Below, piece after piece: positions 1 to 13,619 of a stretch of DNA of 64,000 bases. Every line of letters begins with the position of its first letter. Positions within the stretch are counted from its first letter, which is position 1. A program made the translations under genes and the position numbers. The notes under the pieces are model-generated. The model was not told the DNA's origin and did no database searches. It was given only the letters and a program-made list of their open reading frames with translations. The stretch is from the human T2T-CHM13v2.0 reference genome, Homo sapiens: NCBI RefSeq assembly GCF_009914755.1, contig NC_060930.1. One strand, given 5' to 3'.

Positions 1-138
1 GAAAAGGAAGCTTAGAAGGATGATTAATTCACTGAGGCCACACAGCTGATAGACGGTAGTGGCAAAATTATAAACAAAGCAGTCTATTCTCCTGAGAACA
101 AGGTGCCATTTGAGCTAAGAGATTTTCTTGGTGGGAAA

Positions 139-179
139 TCAACCAACCAACCAAACAAACAAACAAACAAACAAACAAA
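139..179 (+). repeat. Compound (CCAA)n/(CAAA)n microsatellite
   Basis: aaccaaccaaccaaacaaacaaacaaacaaacaaacaaa read directly. Confidence 0.9.
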
Positions 180-199
180 TTATAAGTTATAGACACCTG

Positions 200-312
200 A
201 CCAGGCAACTGGAAAAAAACTTCTAGCCTCATTTTGCCACTAATTAGCTGTGTGATGTGGGGCAAGTCACTTTATCTCTCTGAGCCTGTTTTCTTATCAG
301 TAAATCCAGGGA
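200..312 (+). mobile_element. MIR SINE fragment
   Basis: gccactaattagctgtgtgatgtggggcaagtcactttatctctctgagcctg matches the MIR core. Confidence 0.75.
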
Positions 313-1389
313 TTTGACTGCACTCAATAATTTCAAAATTGGGATGCAGGAGTTGGTCTCTTGAAGTCCTGTTACTATTTTAAGAGTCTAAAATTCTTCA
401 CAGTTATTTCAACTCAAATGCAGGCTCACTCTGGTTAACTTCTGAGAATAATCATAACTATCTTGCATTTATCTCACCACTTCTGACTTACTACACAGTC
501 TAGGCCTTCTCTGCCCCTCATGTACACCATGGCAATGGCTTCCCTTCTTTACTTCTCTGCTCCCTCTCTACAGAGAGGCAAGATGGGTTTTCCTGAAGTA
601 CTCTTCACACAACATTCCCTGTTCAATTTTTCCCTGCTTTCAGAATAAAGGAAATCACTTTCACTGATCCTCAAGGCTCTCCATAACCTGGACTTTATTT
701 AGAAGAGTCAGCATATGTAATAAGCATCTATAATACTTTCACTACCAAAGTCAGCTGCTTTTTCATAAGTTAAAATAGTGCAAGAGATTTTCCAATGCTC
801 ACGCAAAAGTAAAAATGCCAAGTCAAACTTTGAGAATTAATTTTGGGGAGGGACAGGAGTAATTACTGTCAAACAATTTTTCTGTGTTTGGCGAAACCAA
901 AATAACCCTATCATTTATTTGGTTTATTAATCTCCATCTTTTCCTGTCCCCTAACCCCACACAATCACTGCATATTCAGATTCTACCCATCCTTCAATGC
1001 CCAGGCAAAGGGCTCCCTCACAGATGAAGGTTTCCTGATCTGTCCAGTTATAAATAGTCTCTACTTCCCCTGAACACCTACACACACTTAGTCTAGGCCT
1101 TTAGCCTTCCTGCTTGTATTATATTTATTGTTATATCTATTGCACGAAGTAAATCTATTTATTCCCTTATCTATTCATTTGTGTATTCCTTTACTGGAAA
1201 AACATTTATTAAGTCCTGTTACATGTTAAGAGTTCTACTGAGTGAAGGGGAAGTAGCAGTAAACAAGACAACGGTCCCTGTCTCCATGAAGCTTAAAGTC
1301 TAATGAAGTAGATGAACATTATTAAAGAATAAATTACTCAATTCATTGTTTAACTATGACTGTGAAAGTGCTACCGAGAACAGTAATCA

Positions 1390-1650
1390 TAATATTAATA
1401 TTTGTTGAGGACTTACTATATACCAGGCACTAAACTCAGCACCGACAATATTAAATCACTGAGTCTTTACAATTCTAATGGGGTGGTTCTAGTATGATAT
1501 CTAATTAAAGGGTACAGATCTGGTATGATATAAAATTAACTGAGCCACTGAGTGGTTAAATAACTTGCCTGAGATAACACAGCTAGTAAGTGACAGAGCC
1601 AGGATTTGAACCTAGAAAGTCTAACTCAAGAGCCCATCCCTTTAACCATT
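1390..1650 (-). mobile_element. MIR (MIRb-like) SINE
   Basis: ggttaaataacttgcctgagataacacagctagtaagtgacagagccaggatttgaacc is the reverse MIR core. Confidence 0.85.
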
Positions 1651-2123
1651 GTGCAGAATTGTTTACAAAAGGCTATACCAGAAGGACCTGACCTAGTCTT
1701 AGGGATTTGTGGAAGATATTCCAGGGGAAGTATTTATTTGAGCTGAAACCTAAAGCATAAGTTGGAGTTAGCTAAAAACAACAGGGGAGTTTGGAAGAAG
1801 GGGAGGAAGATGGTTCTAGGTGGAAAAAAAAGATCATGTGAAAAGTCCCTGAGGTGAAGAAAGAGCATGACACATTTGAGGAGCTGCAAGCAGGCCAGAG
1901 TGGCTGGAACATGAAAAGAGAGCAGGTGAAGGGTACGAGGCAGACGGGGTGAGGTGAGCAGAGGCCAGGATGGGGAGGACTTGTCATTGCAACAACAGGA
2001 TTAGGTAAGATTGATTAGGGAGGCAATAGAGAGTAGAGAAGGAGGCCTAGGAACAAGTCCTACAGAATTCCAACAATCAAAGGTCCAGTTAAGAAACATG
2101 ACAAAGCCAAGATGATTGGAAAT

Positions 2124-2573
2124 TGTGAAGTCCTAATTAGGGAAAAAGAATCAGGCTGGCAGGAACAGGGGACAGCAAAAATAAAAAGCAGATAAGCTAT
2201 AAGTCTGCCTTTCTTCATGGTCCAGAACACATAGCCCTCCTGTGCAAATAACTCACAATCTTCCTGTGCCCAAGTTATGACCAGACCCTTCGCTGATTAA
2301 AAAAAATGCAAGTTAGCTCACTGCAACCTTGGCATTATCAGTACTGCACAAAGCCCTCTTCAGCACACAATAGAAGCAACATTCTATAAAATCCCCAGCA
2401 AGACTGTGTCTTGTTACAGTCAGCCCCTTTTTGCTGGCCTGTCCATTGCATCCTTGCAACATATTTTCATACTTTTTCTAATAAATTTGCCTTTCTTTAC
2501 CTACGACTGTCTTGATAAATTCTTCTTAGTACTCCCACCACCAGCTCTAAATAGTGGCTAATCGCCTGAGACA
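2124..2573 (+). mobile_element. ERV1 (MER4-group, MER83-like) solo LTR
   Basis: TG...CA termini, 450 bp, internal TATAAAA and AATAAA, near-TSD gaaat/ggaat; start tgtgaagtcctaattagggaaaa resembles MER83 (name less certain than class). Confidence 0.8.
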
Positions 2574-2661
2574 GGAATGAAACCAGAGAGGCAGGAACAG
2601 GAGGGAAACAAGGCTAGTGGAGTCAAGGAAACCGGGGAAAGTCAAGTTTTAAGAAGAAGGG

Positions 2662-2980
<319 letters not shown>

Positions 2981-4274
2981 CTATGTCCAGTGGTGCCAAG
3001 AAGTCCATTAAGGAGGAGACTGATATTGCTCATTGGACTTGGAGACATGGTATGCTCTCAGCAAAGGAAATCCCATTGGGATGGTTGGATAGAAACTGTA
3101 CTGGGAAGAGTTATAGAGTGTTTGGGGAGTGAGGACTTGGAGATGGTGAGTACATGAAACTCACGAAATTTGTTTGTAAATTGAAGTAGAAGGTGAAGGT
3201 TCTTCCCACATGTAAGCTGCTTAGCTTTCACGTCCACGCAGTAGGTGATGTTATACGCATAGCTTTCTCTTTAAGAAAGGAACTAACTGTATTAGTACAA
3301 TATCAAGGGAAATCATACCTCTTACTAAACCTTGGCCTGCATCTGGCTAACTAGACACACTATTGTGACCTTTGAAAACAGCCAACGGCATATACCCTAA
3401 TGTCTCCCAAACCTTGTGTTCTGGGATACAGACTACGATCAGGCAGCCCTTTTGCAAACATATACTTATCAAAATAGAGACTAAATGAGCCTGAAAATAG
3501 ATGAGCACATACAAGCATTCTACTACTAAAGAATAGAGTTACTTTTAATGGTGGATGATAGATGGCAATGCCAACTTTCAGGAGGACTATCATTGCAAAT
3601 TTTACTATGATTATTACTCTGCTCATCTCCATGAGATACAGAGTTGCAATAAGGATAGAATGCCATCAGCAACCTACTCCCTGAACTGTAGAAGTACAGA
3701 TTAAAAAACCCTTAAGTGTAACTTTAAGAGCCTGCCTTCATAAATCTGTATTTTCAGCTGCAGAGGTGGTAAGACTTATCTTTGCTGACCTTATTTGATT
3801 AGATGATTCATCTCCTGCACAAGCAAAAATATAAGCTAAATATTTATTTAACACAAACATGGGACACAATAATAATTAAAGAACTGCCTTGAAGACATTT
3901 TTTTTCCTATTTAATTTTCCATTGCCTTGAAATCAGGCCCTGCAGCAGCATTGTGTCAGGGCAGTTCAGTACTATCAGATTACAGGGGAACATTTGTTTG
4001 TACACAATAGGATCAAGTTTTCCAAAACACACTGCACATGTGGGCGGCGTTGATAACCTTTTATCCCTCTTTTCTTGTTGTTAAGTCACTGTGGGTCTTA
4101 GGCTTTAAGCAAAAGATTGCCATCTATGTGAAAACATTGAGTTCCTAACTGCTCTTATCTAGTCCGTCTTGCATTAATTCACCATGTGGAGGGGTTTCCC
4201 TAAGCCATGGCAAAACAATGCCCAGGGGTGCATTCCAATTGCAGACGGAGGGAAGCCCTGTGGAATGGGTCAGG

Positions 4275-4600
<326 letters not shown>

Positions 4601-4732
4601 CAGTTTGTTCTGTACTCAAATGTTATGTGAGAAAACTTGGCAAAGCTCATTTTACATTAGGTTGTTCTCAAGCTTCACAGTTCTGTGGTTCTACCATGTG
4701 TTAGGTAAGCTCCAAAATAATACTTGACTATT

Positions 4733-4761
4733 TTAATAATAATAATAATAATAATAATAAT
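4733..4761 (+). repeat. (AAT)n microsatellite
   Basis: taataataataat... read directly. Confidence 0.9.
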
Positions 4762-6469
4762 GGACCAATCAGAACAATCTCTGTCCACTGTGCAGGAGCA
4801 GGGCCTGGGGGTCTCCTGCTGGGCTAGACCTTAGCAGTGTCATTGCTGGATTGTAGGGAAGTCTGTGTAGGATCCCAGGAAAGGGACTGGATGACTAAAG
4901 AAGAGGTGGGGAGGCACTCCAGGGGCTGGAGGAAGCAGTTATTTGCAATGTGGCTTAAAATATTCCAACATTACAGTAATTGGCAGGGCCACCTTAGCCT
5001 TCTGCACTTCCTCCCTTTATGGCCCCCATCCATTCCATCTCTCTGAGAAATGGCTTTGCTGTCCTTAGCCAATGACTTCTCTTCTAAATCTTCATTTCCT
5101 TCTTCAGGGATTTTGTTAGATTTTAACCATATAATGTGTGTGCTATTCAGAATGAAAAAAAAAATATTACTTTATCCCCCCACCCCCAACCCCAAGAAAT
5201 ACAGTACCCTGAAAAGTCCTTGCTAGTTCAAGATTTCCTTACTCTGGACAGTTTGACTTTAGTCCTCACCTCATTATGAAAAGTATTCTGTAGAGGCAAA
5301 CCCACAACATTTGCCCCAGTCCTCACTCTCCCTGGCTTGCGGTGGGTACCTGCTCCATTTGTGCATGGCCTCCTCCTCTGCAGCGCTCCCTTTCCCTTTC
5401 CCTTTCCTGGTTCTCAAGGCTCCCGAGCTTATGCCTTTTCTCCTTCTATGCTCCCATCCTCATCATCCTGCAGCTGCCTCACTGTGTGCCCTGCCAAATA
5501 CCTCTCCTGGGTCTACAGCTCTTCTCTCTTGACACCTTCTTGTAGTAAGCTCATCCACTTCCATAGTTTTAATTGTCAGTTTATGTGAGAATTCCCAGAA
5601 CTGTATTTCCAGCCTCTGACCTTTATGGCATATTGCCTCTTTTCTTGTCCCCAAAGATATCTCTTTCCTCTGCATGCCTATTTCCTCTCTTTGCTACATA
5701 TTAGGCATGGCTTTTCAACTATACTCTTTCCACTTGAGTGTAAATTCAGATCATCGAAAACTGAACTTGTCTCCTGTCCCACTGCTCTCTCCTAACCCAT
5801 CCCTTCCCAGATGTGCCAACTGCTGGCTTCATTGTTTCCTAGGCTCACAGCTTCACAGGTGTCCTTGGACACAAGAAGTGGTGCAGGAGCAGAAGCAGCA
5901 ATTCGACCGGGTACTAAGTCCTGTTACCTGCTGCTGATGTGCTCAGAGCCCCTCATCGGTTTGGATATTGTCATCTCACCACACTTTTTTGGACATTGGG
6001 CCACTACATTGGTTGGGACATTATCATCTTACATCTAGATGGTCTCAATAATCTCCTGAATGGGCCCCTCGCTCCTTTCTTCCCTGACCAATAATCCAAC
6101 ACAACAGCAGGGAATTTATTTGCCCAGAGCACTATTCTTCCTAAATTGTGGCTAGATCATATTTAAATACTTTAAATGTTTGCAAATGCCCAGAGAATAT
6201 TTAAGCCAATTCACCAGGCAAGCATGATCACCACGACCTAATGTAAAATGAGCTCTGTCAATTTTTCTCCCATAACACTTGAGTATAGAGCAAACTGACC
6301 CACTCCCAGCTTTTATTGTACCTTCTTTTGTCATAAATATTAAGAGACAATATTAGTGGAATGCATTGCTACCTTGCAGCTTCTTCTCACGCTATTCTTG
6401 GTAACTGAAATGCTCTATTTCTCCTTTCTGAGCTTTACTCATTATTTCAGGTCTTGCTTATTCATTTGG

Positions 6470-6700
6470 TAACAACAATTACTATAATTTATCAAGCACT
6501 TGCTGTGTGTCAGACACTTGCCATATGGCAAGCATTAGGTTAAGCACTATACATGCACTAGACTCATTTAATCTTTATAATCCTGTTTATGAGAAGTATC
6601 ATCATCTTCATTTTACAGATGAAGAAACTGAGCCTTGGCTAAACAAACACACTTGGCAAGTGGCCAAGTTTGTCTCCAAAGTCTGAACTCTGACCTTTAT
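6470..6700 (-). mobile_element. MIR SINE
   Basis: cattttacagatgaagaaactgagcc reverse MIR core. Confidence 0.8.
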
Positions 6701-6827
6701 GGCATATTGTCTCTTATTTTGTCTTCCCCAGAGATATATCTTTCCACTGCATGAACCGCATTTCTCTCCTCAGCTACTCATCTGGTCCTGCCATGTGGAT
6801 CACTTTTCAGCACTGTGTGTTTTTCAG

Positions 6828-7086
6828 GCATAGCACGGTAATTAGGCATATGGACTCTGAAGTCAGACTGCCTGAGATGGAATCTTAACGTGCCTCTATT
6901 TGCTAGCTTTTTGTCTCAAGTGATTTACTTAACTTTTCTGGATCCCCCATCTATAAAATGGGGATTATGATTTTATTTGAGGCATAGGATTATTGGAACA
7001 ACTAAATGGGTTAACAATCATGTTTATAAAACACTGAGTATGGTCCCTGGCACATAGCAAATACTCGATAAATATTGTTTGTTATT
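6828..7086 (+). mobile_element. MIR SINE, near full length
   Basis: ggactctgaagtcagactgcctg ... catctataaaatggggattatg ... ctggcacatagcaaatactc. Confidence 0.85.
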
Positions 7087-7367
7087 TCTCCTAATGCTAT
7101 CCCTCCCCTAACCCTCACCCGCCCCCCACAGGCCCCTGTGTGTGATGCTCCCCACCCTGTGTCCATGTGTTCTCATTGTTCAACTCCCACTTATGAGTGA
7201 GAACATGCAGTGTTTGGTTTTCTCTTAGAAATACCTAATGTAAATGAGGAATTGATGGGCACAGCAAACAAACATGGCACATGTATACCTATGTAACAAA
7301 CCTGCACCTTGTGCACATGTACCCCAGAACTTCAAGTATAATAATTAAAACAAATTCAATCAAAAAA
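7087..7367 (+). mobile_element. 5'-truncated, 5'-inverted L1PA (about L1PA5-7) 3' UTR fragment
   Basis: 7087-7226 is antisense L1 3'UTR; 7227-7367 is sense L1 3' end with A-rich tail; TSD attgtttgttatt at 7074-7086 and 7368-7380. Confidence 0.93.
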
Positions 7368-8344
7368 ATTGTTTGTTATTAAAATTCTCAATGCCTGTAA
7401 CTTGCTTTCCACTAAGAGTCTGAGCTGATTAAGAGAAAGGTTCTTTGCCTTTGCAATTCCACAGCACTTAGCAAGTCACTCCAGAGTAGGTGATTCTACT
7501 AGGCTGTAATTTTAAAGATTTCACGTTGGCGATTACCTTTTAGGAAGCCGGAAAGATTCCAGTTATTTTAACCATCATGACCAGAGTCACACCATGTGAT
7601 TTGAAATGTTGAGCTGGTAAGTAACTTGTGAATCATGGTGTGCCCTTAGCTAATATGTATATTTAACTCAACCATCCTTATTAGAGCACCTACTCTGTGC
7701 AGAAACTCGTAGGTCCTGGGGAAACTGAGATAAATACTGAACAGGCCCGGTAGTCCTCTCTATCAAGGAGACAAACATTGCACTGACGAGAGATACTAAC
7801 TTGAACTATATCAAGAAATGTCAGTGGGGAAAAGGCTGTAGGGAAACGTTATAATTAAAAAACAGCCATGACTTATCATCTATTCATATTTAGTTCAACC
7901 CAGAAAGTGGCAGCTCATGCAAAGGATAATCAGTATTTCTTTTTTTCCCCTTTCTCTTGGGATTGGGACACAACATGGCAAAGTGACCTTGAATAAAAAG
8001 TATGATCTGATAGTCATCTGGCATTAGAAGAGCACATCCTGTTTATCTAGAACATTTAATCTGCCTTTGTAAAATCTGCAAGTCTTAGGGAGCCAACATA
8101 TCTACAGTGAAGTCAGTGGGGTTGTTCCAATTAAAACTGGAAAGTCAATGCCATTGTTGGAGGTGTCGGAAATCTCCTCTTCATTCTGATGTGCAGATGT
8201 GTCTGTTCCTCCGAAAGACAGCAGCAGCCAGAATTCTAATGATCTGCACTGCTGCTGACACTTTTGGTCCTAATTTCTTGGCTTCATAAACAGCCATTGC
8301 TTCTGCTTCTCAGTTTAGCCACTGTATCTTACACAGCCAAGACT

Positions 8345-8500
8345 CAGTGAATCTCAACCCCAGCTGCATTATAGAATCACTTTGGAGATTAAAAACAACA
8401 AACAAACAAAAAATCTAACCATGCCCTGGCCCCATCCTCAGAGATAGTGATTCAGTTTCTCTGGCAAAGTGTCTAGACATTGTTTTCTCTTTGTTAAGTT
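8345..8500. mobile_element. MER5-like hAT-Charlie MITE fragment
   Basis: ctcaaccccagctgcattatagaatcac...atgccctggccccatcctcagagatagtgattcag. Confidence 0.6.
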
Positions 8501-9934
8501 CCTAGGGTGACGCCGATGGACAGCAGGTGATAGAACTTGCTAATATCTGGACAAAGCAATAGTTTAGTCTAACTTTAGATTCCCAGCAAACATCTACCAT
8601 GTGGCTACAAAGCTGACAGAATCCAGCCAATCGCATCAATTCTCTATTCCACATGACTTTTATCCTCATAGTACTGACATAAAAAAAATGGGGCTGCAAA
8701 GACAGTAATCTGAGTTTCTTCTCATCTCAGTCCTCCAAAAAAATTCATTGTGCCATTGAGGCAAATAAATTAACCTCTGAACTTCCTGTTTTTGTATTCC
8801 ATTAGATGAGAATAAGTTACCTGCTTTACCTGTGACATGGTGAAAGAAGAGGCATAAAAGTCTTTTGATAACTAAAAAGTTGCATATAAATACAAGAGAT
8901 TGAATGCATAATATTTAGGAGGAGACAGATTAGCCTCATTAACGTGAGGAGGTGGGACCCCATGGGATATTTTTAACTGCTCCAAAATGCCCCCAAGTAC
9001 CCCATAGCGCAGTAAGTGAGGTTACTATATCATAGTCAATAAACCCACACTCAGTAAGTGAGGCAGTGTTAGTCTACAGGGCCTCAGTGGAGGTCTCTCA
9101 TGTGGCTAACACTGTGCACTTGGAAGAAATGATTCATCGGAGTAGCCAGAGATCTGGAGAAGGGACAAAGGCAGGCAAATTTTACAGAACGTCCAAAATC
9201 AGCAAGGCCTAGTGGCTCTATAGTTTGGGGTGGAGAAACCCTGTAAAGAACAAGAAAATATGAAATAGCTATTGAAAGTGTTCGTATTATTCTTGGGTTT
9301 GATACTGCTTATTTATACCTTTTTCCCAAAGGCTCTCTCCATAAGCTGTATTAACTTGTTCATAGTGATGTTTTCCTTATTTGCTTGTCTCTTAACATTG
9401 TTGGTGGGGAGGGGAAGGCCACCTTTTTACAGAAGACTAAAAGAGATGGAAAATGAACCGATCTGTTAAATGCATTTATTATCCACTGAATAAAAGGGCA
9501 ATCTCTCCTGTCTTCACTCTACGTTCTCTGGGCCACTTTATCTATCAATCTAGCTATTATCTATCTAGTTAATTTCCTGTTATTTTATCTTCTCCCCTTT
9601 CATTTCTAGAATAAGAAACTTCTGATGCCCTTCAAGGGAAAAGCCCAAACCACTAATTGGCAAATCTAGAATTTAATCCTTAGGAGGTTGTTACTAATAT
9701 TATTAATTGTCAAAGCCAAAACCAACACAAAATAGTAATGGTAAAAATGAGTAAAACTCTTTATACTTTTCTAAGAGTTAAAAGAGCTATTCATGTTTCC
9801 CATGTATCATTTTATCTTTCACTGAGAGGAAGGAGTTTAGGATAAATCACAAGAACTTGACAATGAGAATTTATTGTACTCCTGTGCCCCGGCTTGTCCT
9901 ATAGAGCTCAGAAGAACAGAAAATAAAGCCTTTA

Positions 9935-10367
<433 letters not shown>

Positions 10368-11099
10368 TCAAGTATTATCTGTGTAATTCAAAAATAACCT
10401 ACATTGAAAAACCAACTACGTTAGCCCTTTATGAAAGAAAAAATGCTGTAGTGAAGTGGCATGACCTGGCTTTCTGAAATATGAGAAAACATGGTTTAAG
10501 CAAACCGCACATCATAGAGTTGCTCCTTTCAAAACAAGTCGGCCTGGCCCTGAAGCCCCAGCACTTTTACTGACCTCCTTCCTAACGCTGACTACAAACT
10601 CCTTTCCCCTCAGTCCTGTGTGGGAGGCTGCAGCCTACATTTTACATTTCTAAGGTCATCCCTTGTCCTTTGGAAGGACTCTCCCGAAGCTGAGCGAATA
10701 GCCAGGGCTCCCTCCTCCTGCTACTGGGATGCAGCCTCTTCCTTCCTCAGCCTGACCACAGCAATGGCCGACTGGCCCTGAAATGCTCTTGGCAAGAGCA
10801 GCAGCTCAGTAGCTCATGAATGCACTGGTTTTTATAGTATTTTCTGGTTTAAGGACGAGAGAACTTGTTTGAAAAAAAAAAAGTCTGTTATTAAGAAAAT
10901 CCTAAAGGATCCCAGCTAGTTGCTTGATACGCCATCTCCTTTAATATAGTCTCATTAACTGGACCAACAGTATGCACAATGCTCTTGACTGGACATACTT
11001 AACTTTCCCAACATACATATCACACCTACGCAAAAGAAAAGCAGGCAAAGAGGATCGTAAGTGGAAGATGTCTTAAGAGAAGTGACTTAGGAGCCCCTG

Positions 11100-11500
11100 A
11101 GGTCTTGCTACAAAGGGAGACAGAATGACAGACCGCAGTAGGAGAAATGTCTGTTACCTGTCCAGCACTGTGGTCCCCCGGCTGGCTCCCGCTCTGATCA
11201 GATGCCTAAAAGCTTCCCAGTTTCCACTATGGGGCCATTTGTCCTGGGCCTCCTGGGCAGGGGCTCTCACGCCCAGTGGAGGGAGAACCAAGCAAGACTC
11301 ATTTCGCGTTTTCAGGCAGGACTGGCAGCACCGCTCCCACGCTCAGCCTCCCCCAGCTATGATCCTCCCAGTCTCACAGAGTCATCCCTGAGAGCCGCGC
11401 TGCTGTTTTAAAAACAAAAAGTGATTTCCTGGTCCTCTTCCCCGGATGGCGTGTGCGATTTCCCTCACGCCCATGGGAAGTCCTTCAGATCCTTCTTATC
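11100..11500. promoter_or_regulatory. CpG-retaining, GC-rich unique segment; candidate enhancer or weak promoter
   Basis: About 14 CpG in about 350 bp against depleted flanks; NF-kB-like gggaagtcc and ETS-like atttcctg; not a recognisable repeat. Confidence 0.35.
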
Positions 11501-12269
11501 TGGAAACCTCTCCACCAAGTGGACAGACTTGTTTGGCCAATGCCCCTAGTTCTCACTTTTCTTTCTCCAAAGAAAAAAATCAGAAAAGCAAAACCAGAGC
11601 AAACCAAACATAGGTTAGAGCTAATGAGAAGTACAGGATGTCTGGTTTCAACTTTTAAAAGATGACCACTAAATTAGATTGTAACTTCAGAGAGGAAGGA
11701 AAATTAAGACTATCGATGAATTCTTTGTCTTTAGCAGTGCCAAGAAAGCAGAGAAAAAAAGAATCCGCAGAAGAGAAGAGACCTAGAGAAGTTGCTTAGT
11801 CCTCCCCCGCGGGAGGGCTGTACCTCAAAAATGCCATATTGGAGGGACGTCCAGTTCTCCTAGGTTTCCAGGGAAACTCTGTGAGTATTTGTGTATCAAA
11901 CTATAAATTTAGTGGTACTTAAAATACCGCTCAATAGCATGGATATTTAAAGATAAGGAGATATATGGTAAAGGCCTGGTTGGCAGGCTGCATCCAGGTT
12001 GCTGGGTTTAAAGATGAATTATAGTCAGCTCATTTTTGAACTGGAAGTGACCTCACTGATCCTCATTTTACAAAAGAGGAAACTGAGGCCCAAGGAGAAC
12101 CCTTCCCAAGGTCAGAACACGGATGGGGAATGCTGTTTGACTCTCTACTCTGGAGCTCTGCCCACAGAAAGTTTGATGAATGAGGCCTGGCTTGGAATCG
12201 GCATTGGAAATAAGTGCTTCGGGTGAGTCCCATGCAGGTAGTCCCAAGAGTATCTTCAGGGAATTCCTC

Positions 12270-12730
<461 letters not shown>

Positions 12731-13619
12731 CTGCTGAAACTGAAGAGGAAGAGTTTAGTAACTGTTTGTTGTTCTCTGGAGCCCTGGGCTCCAATGCCTC
12801 CAAGTTCATCCTCTCTCCCCTCCAGCTGCCTTCCCTTCTTGTCATGCTATCAGCCTGTAGCAAGTCAGCAACCACCAGCAGGACTTAGGCTTGAGACCAG
12901 AGTATTTGGGCAAGAAGAGGATGAACTCCAAAATGTTATTATTCCACTTCTAGATAATGATTCTCAACTGTAGTCTACACGTTAGATTGGATACACCCTA
13001 ACTTAAAAAGAGCCTGCTGAGGGATGCAGTTCCTGGGCAAATGCTGCCTTTTTTCCTGCTCGTATTTTGGTTGTTGGGTGCAGCAGGCTGTCTAACATGG
13101 AATGGGCGTTGTCAAAGTGGCTGTCCCTTTCCTTCCCTGAGGAGCAATTCTTCTCGCCCACAGTTCCCTGCTTGTTGTTAGGAACACTATGTGCTTGCTG
13201 CACACACATTACAATGAAAACAAAAGCAAATAAAAAATGCAACCACCATATGGCCTCAGCGGCAACCCAGAATGAACTGTGGATGGAGAGACCCTGCCCT
13301 GTCGTAGCTACGGCTGGAATTGACTGTCACAGCAGCCGTTTTCTTGAATTCTAAAACGTTGGTGTTGGTGGCTGAACCCAAATTTCTTGAACCCAACTGC
13401 AAACGTAGAGAGAATAATTTACCAGTCATGTTATCACTTTGTTAATATGAAATGTCTCTCATGGCTGTAAGGTACAGTCTCATTAGAGACAAAGCTCCTA
13501 CTTTCTCAGGAAGAAATTTCAGCACCAAATAAATACATATTTTCCAGCATGTTCCCAGCTGTTTCACTTCTGCCCTTCTTTCACTCTGCCCTTCTCCTTT
13601 CTTCACACAGGTAACGTTT

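Noticed and set aside
3751-3775. 11-nt microexon ttttcag|ctgcagaggtg|gtaaga
   Set aside because: Short pyrimidine tract, not frame-preserving, and expected by chance in 64 kb.
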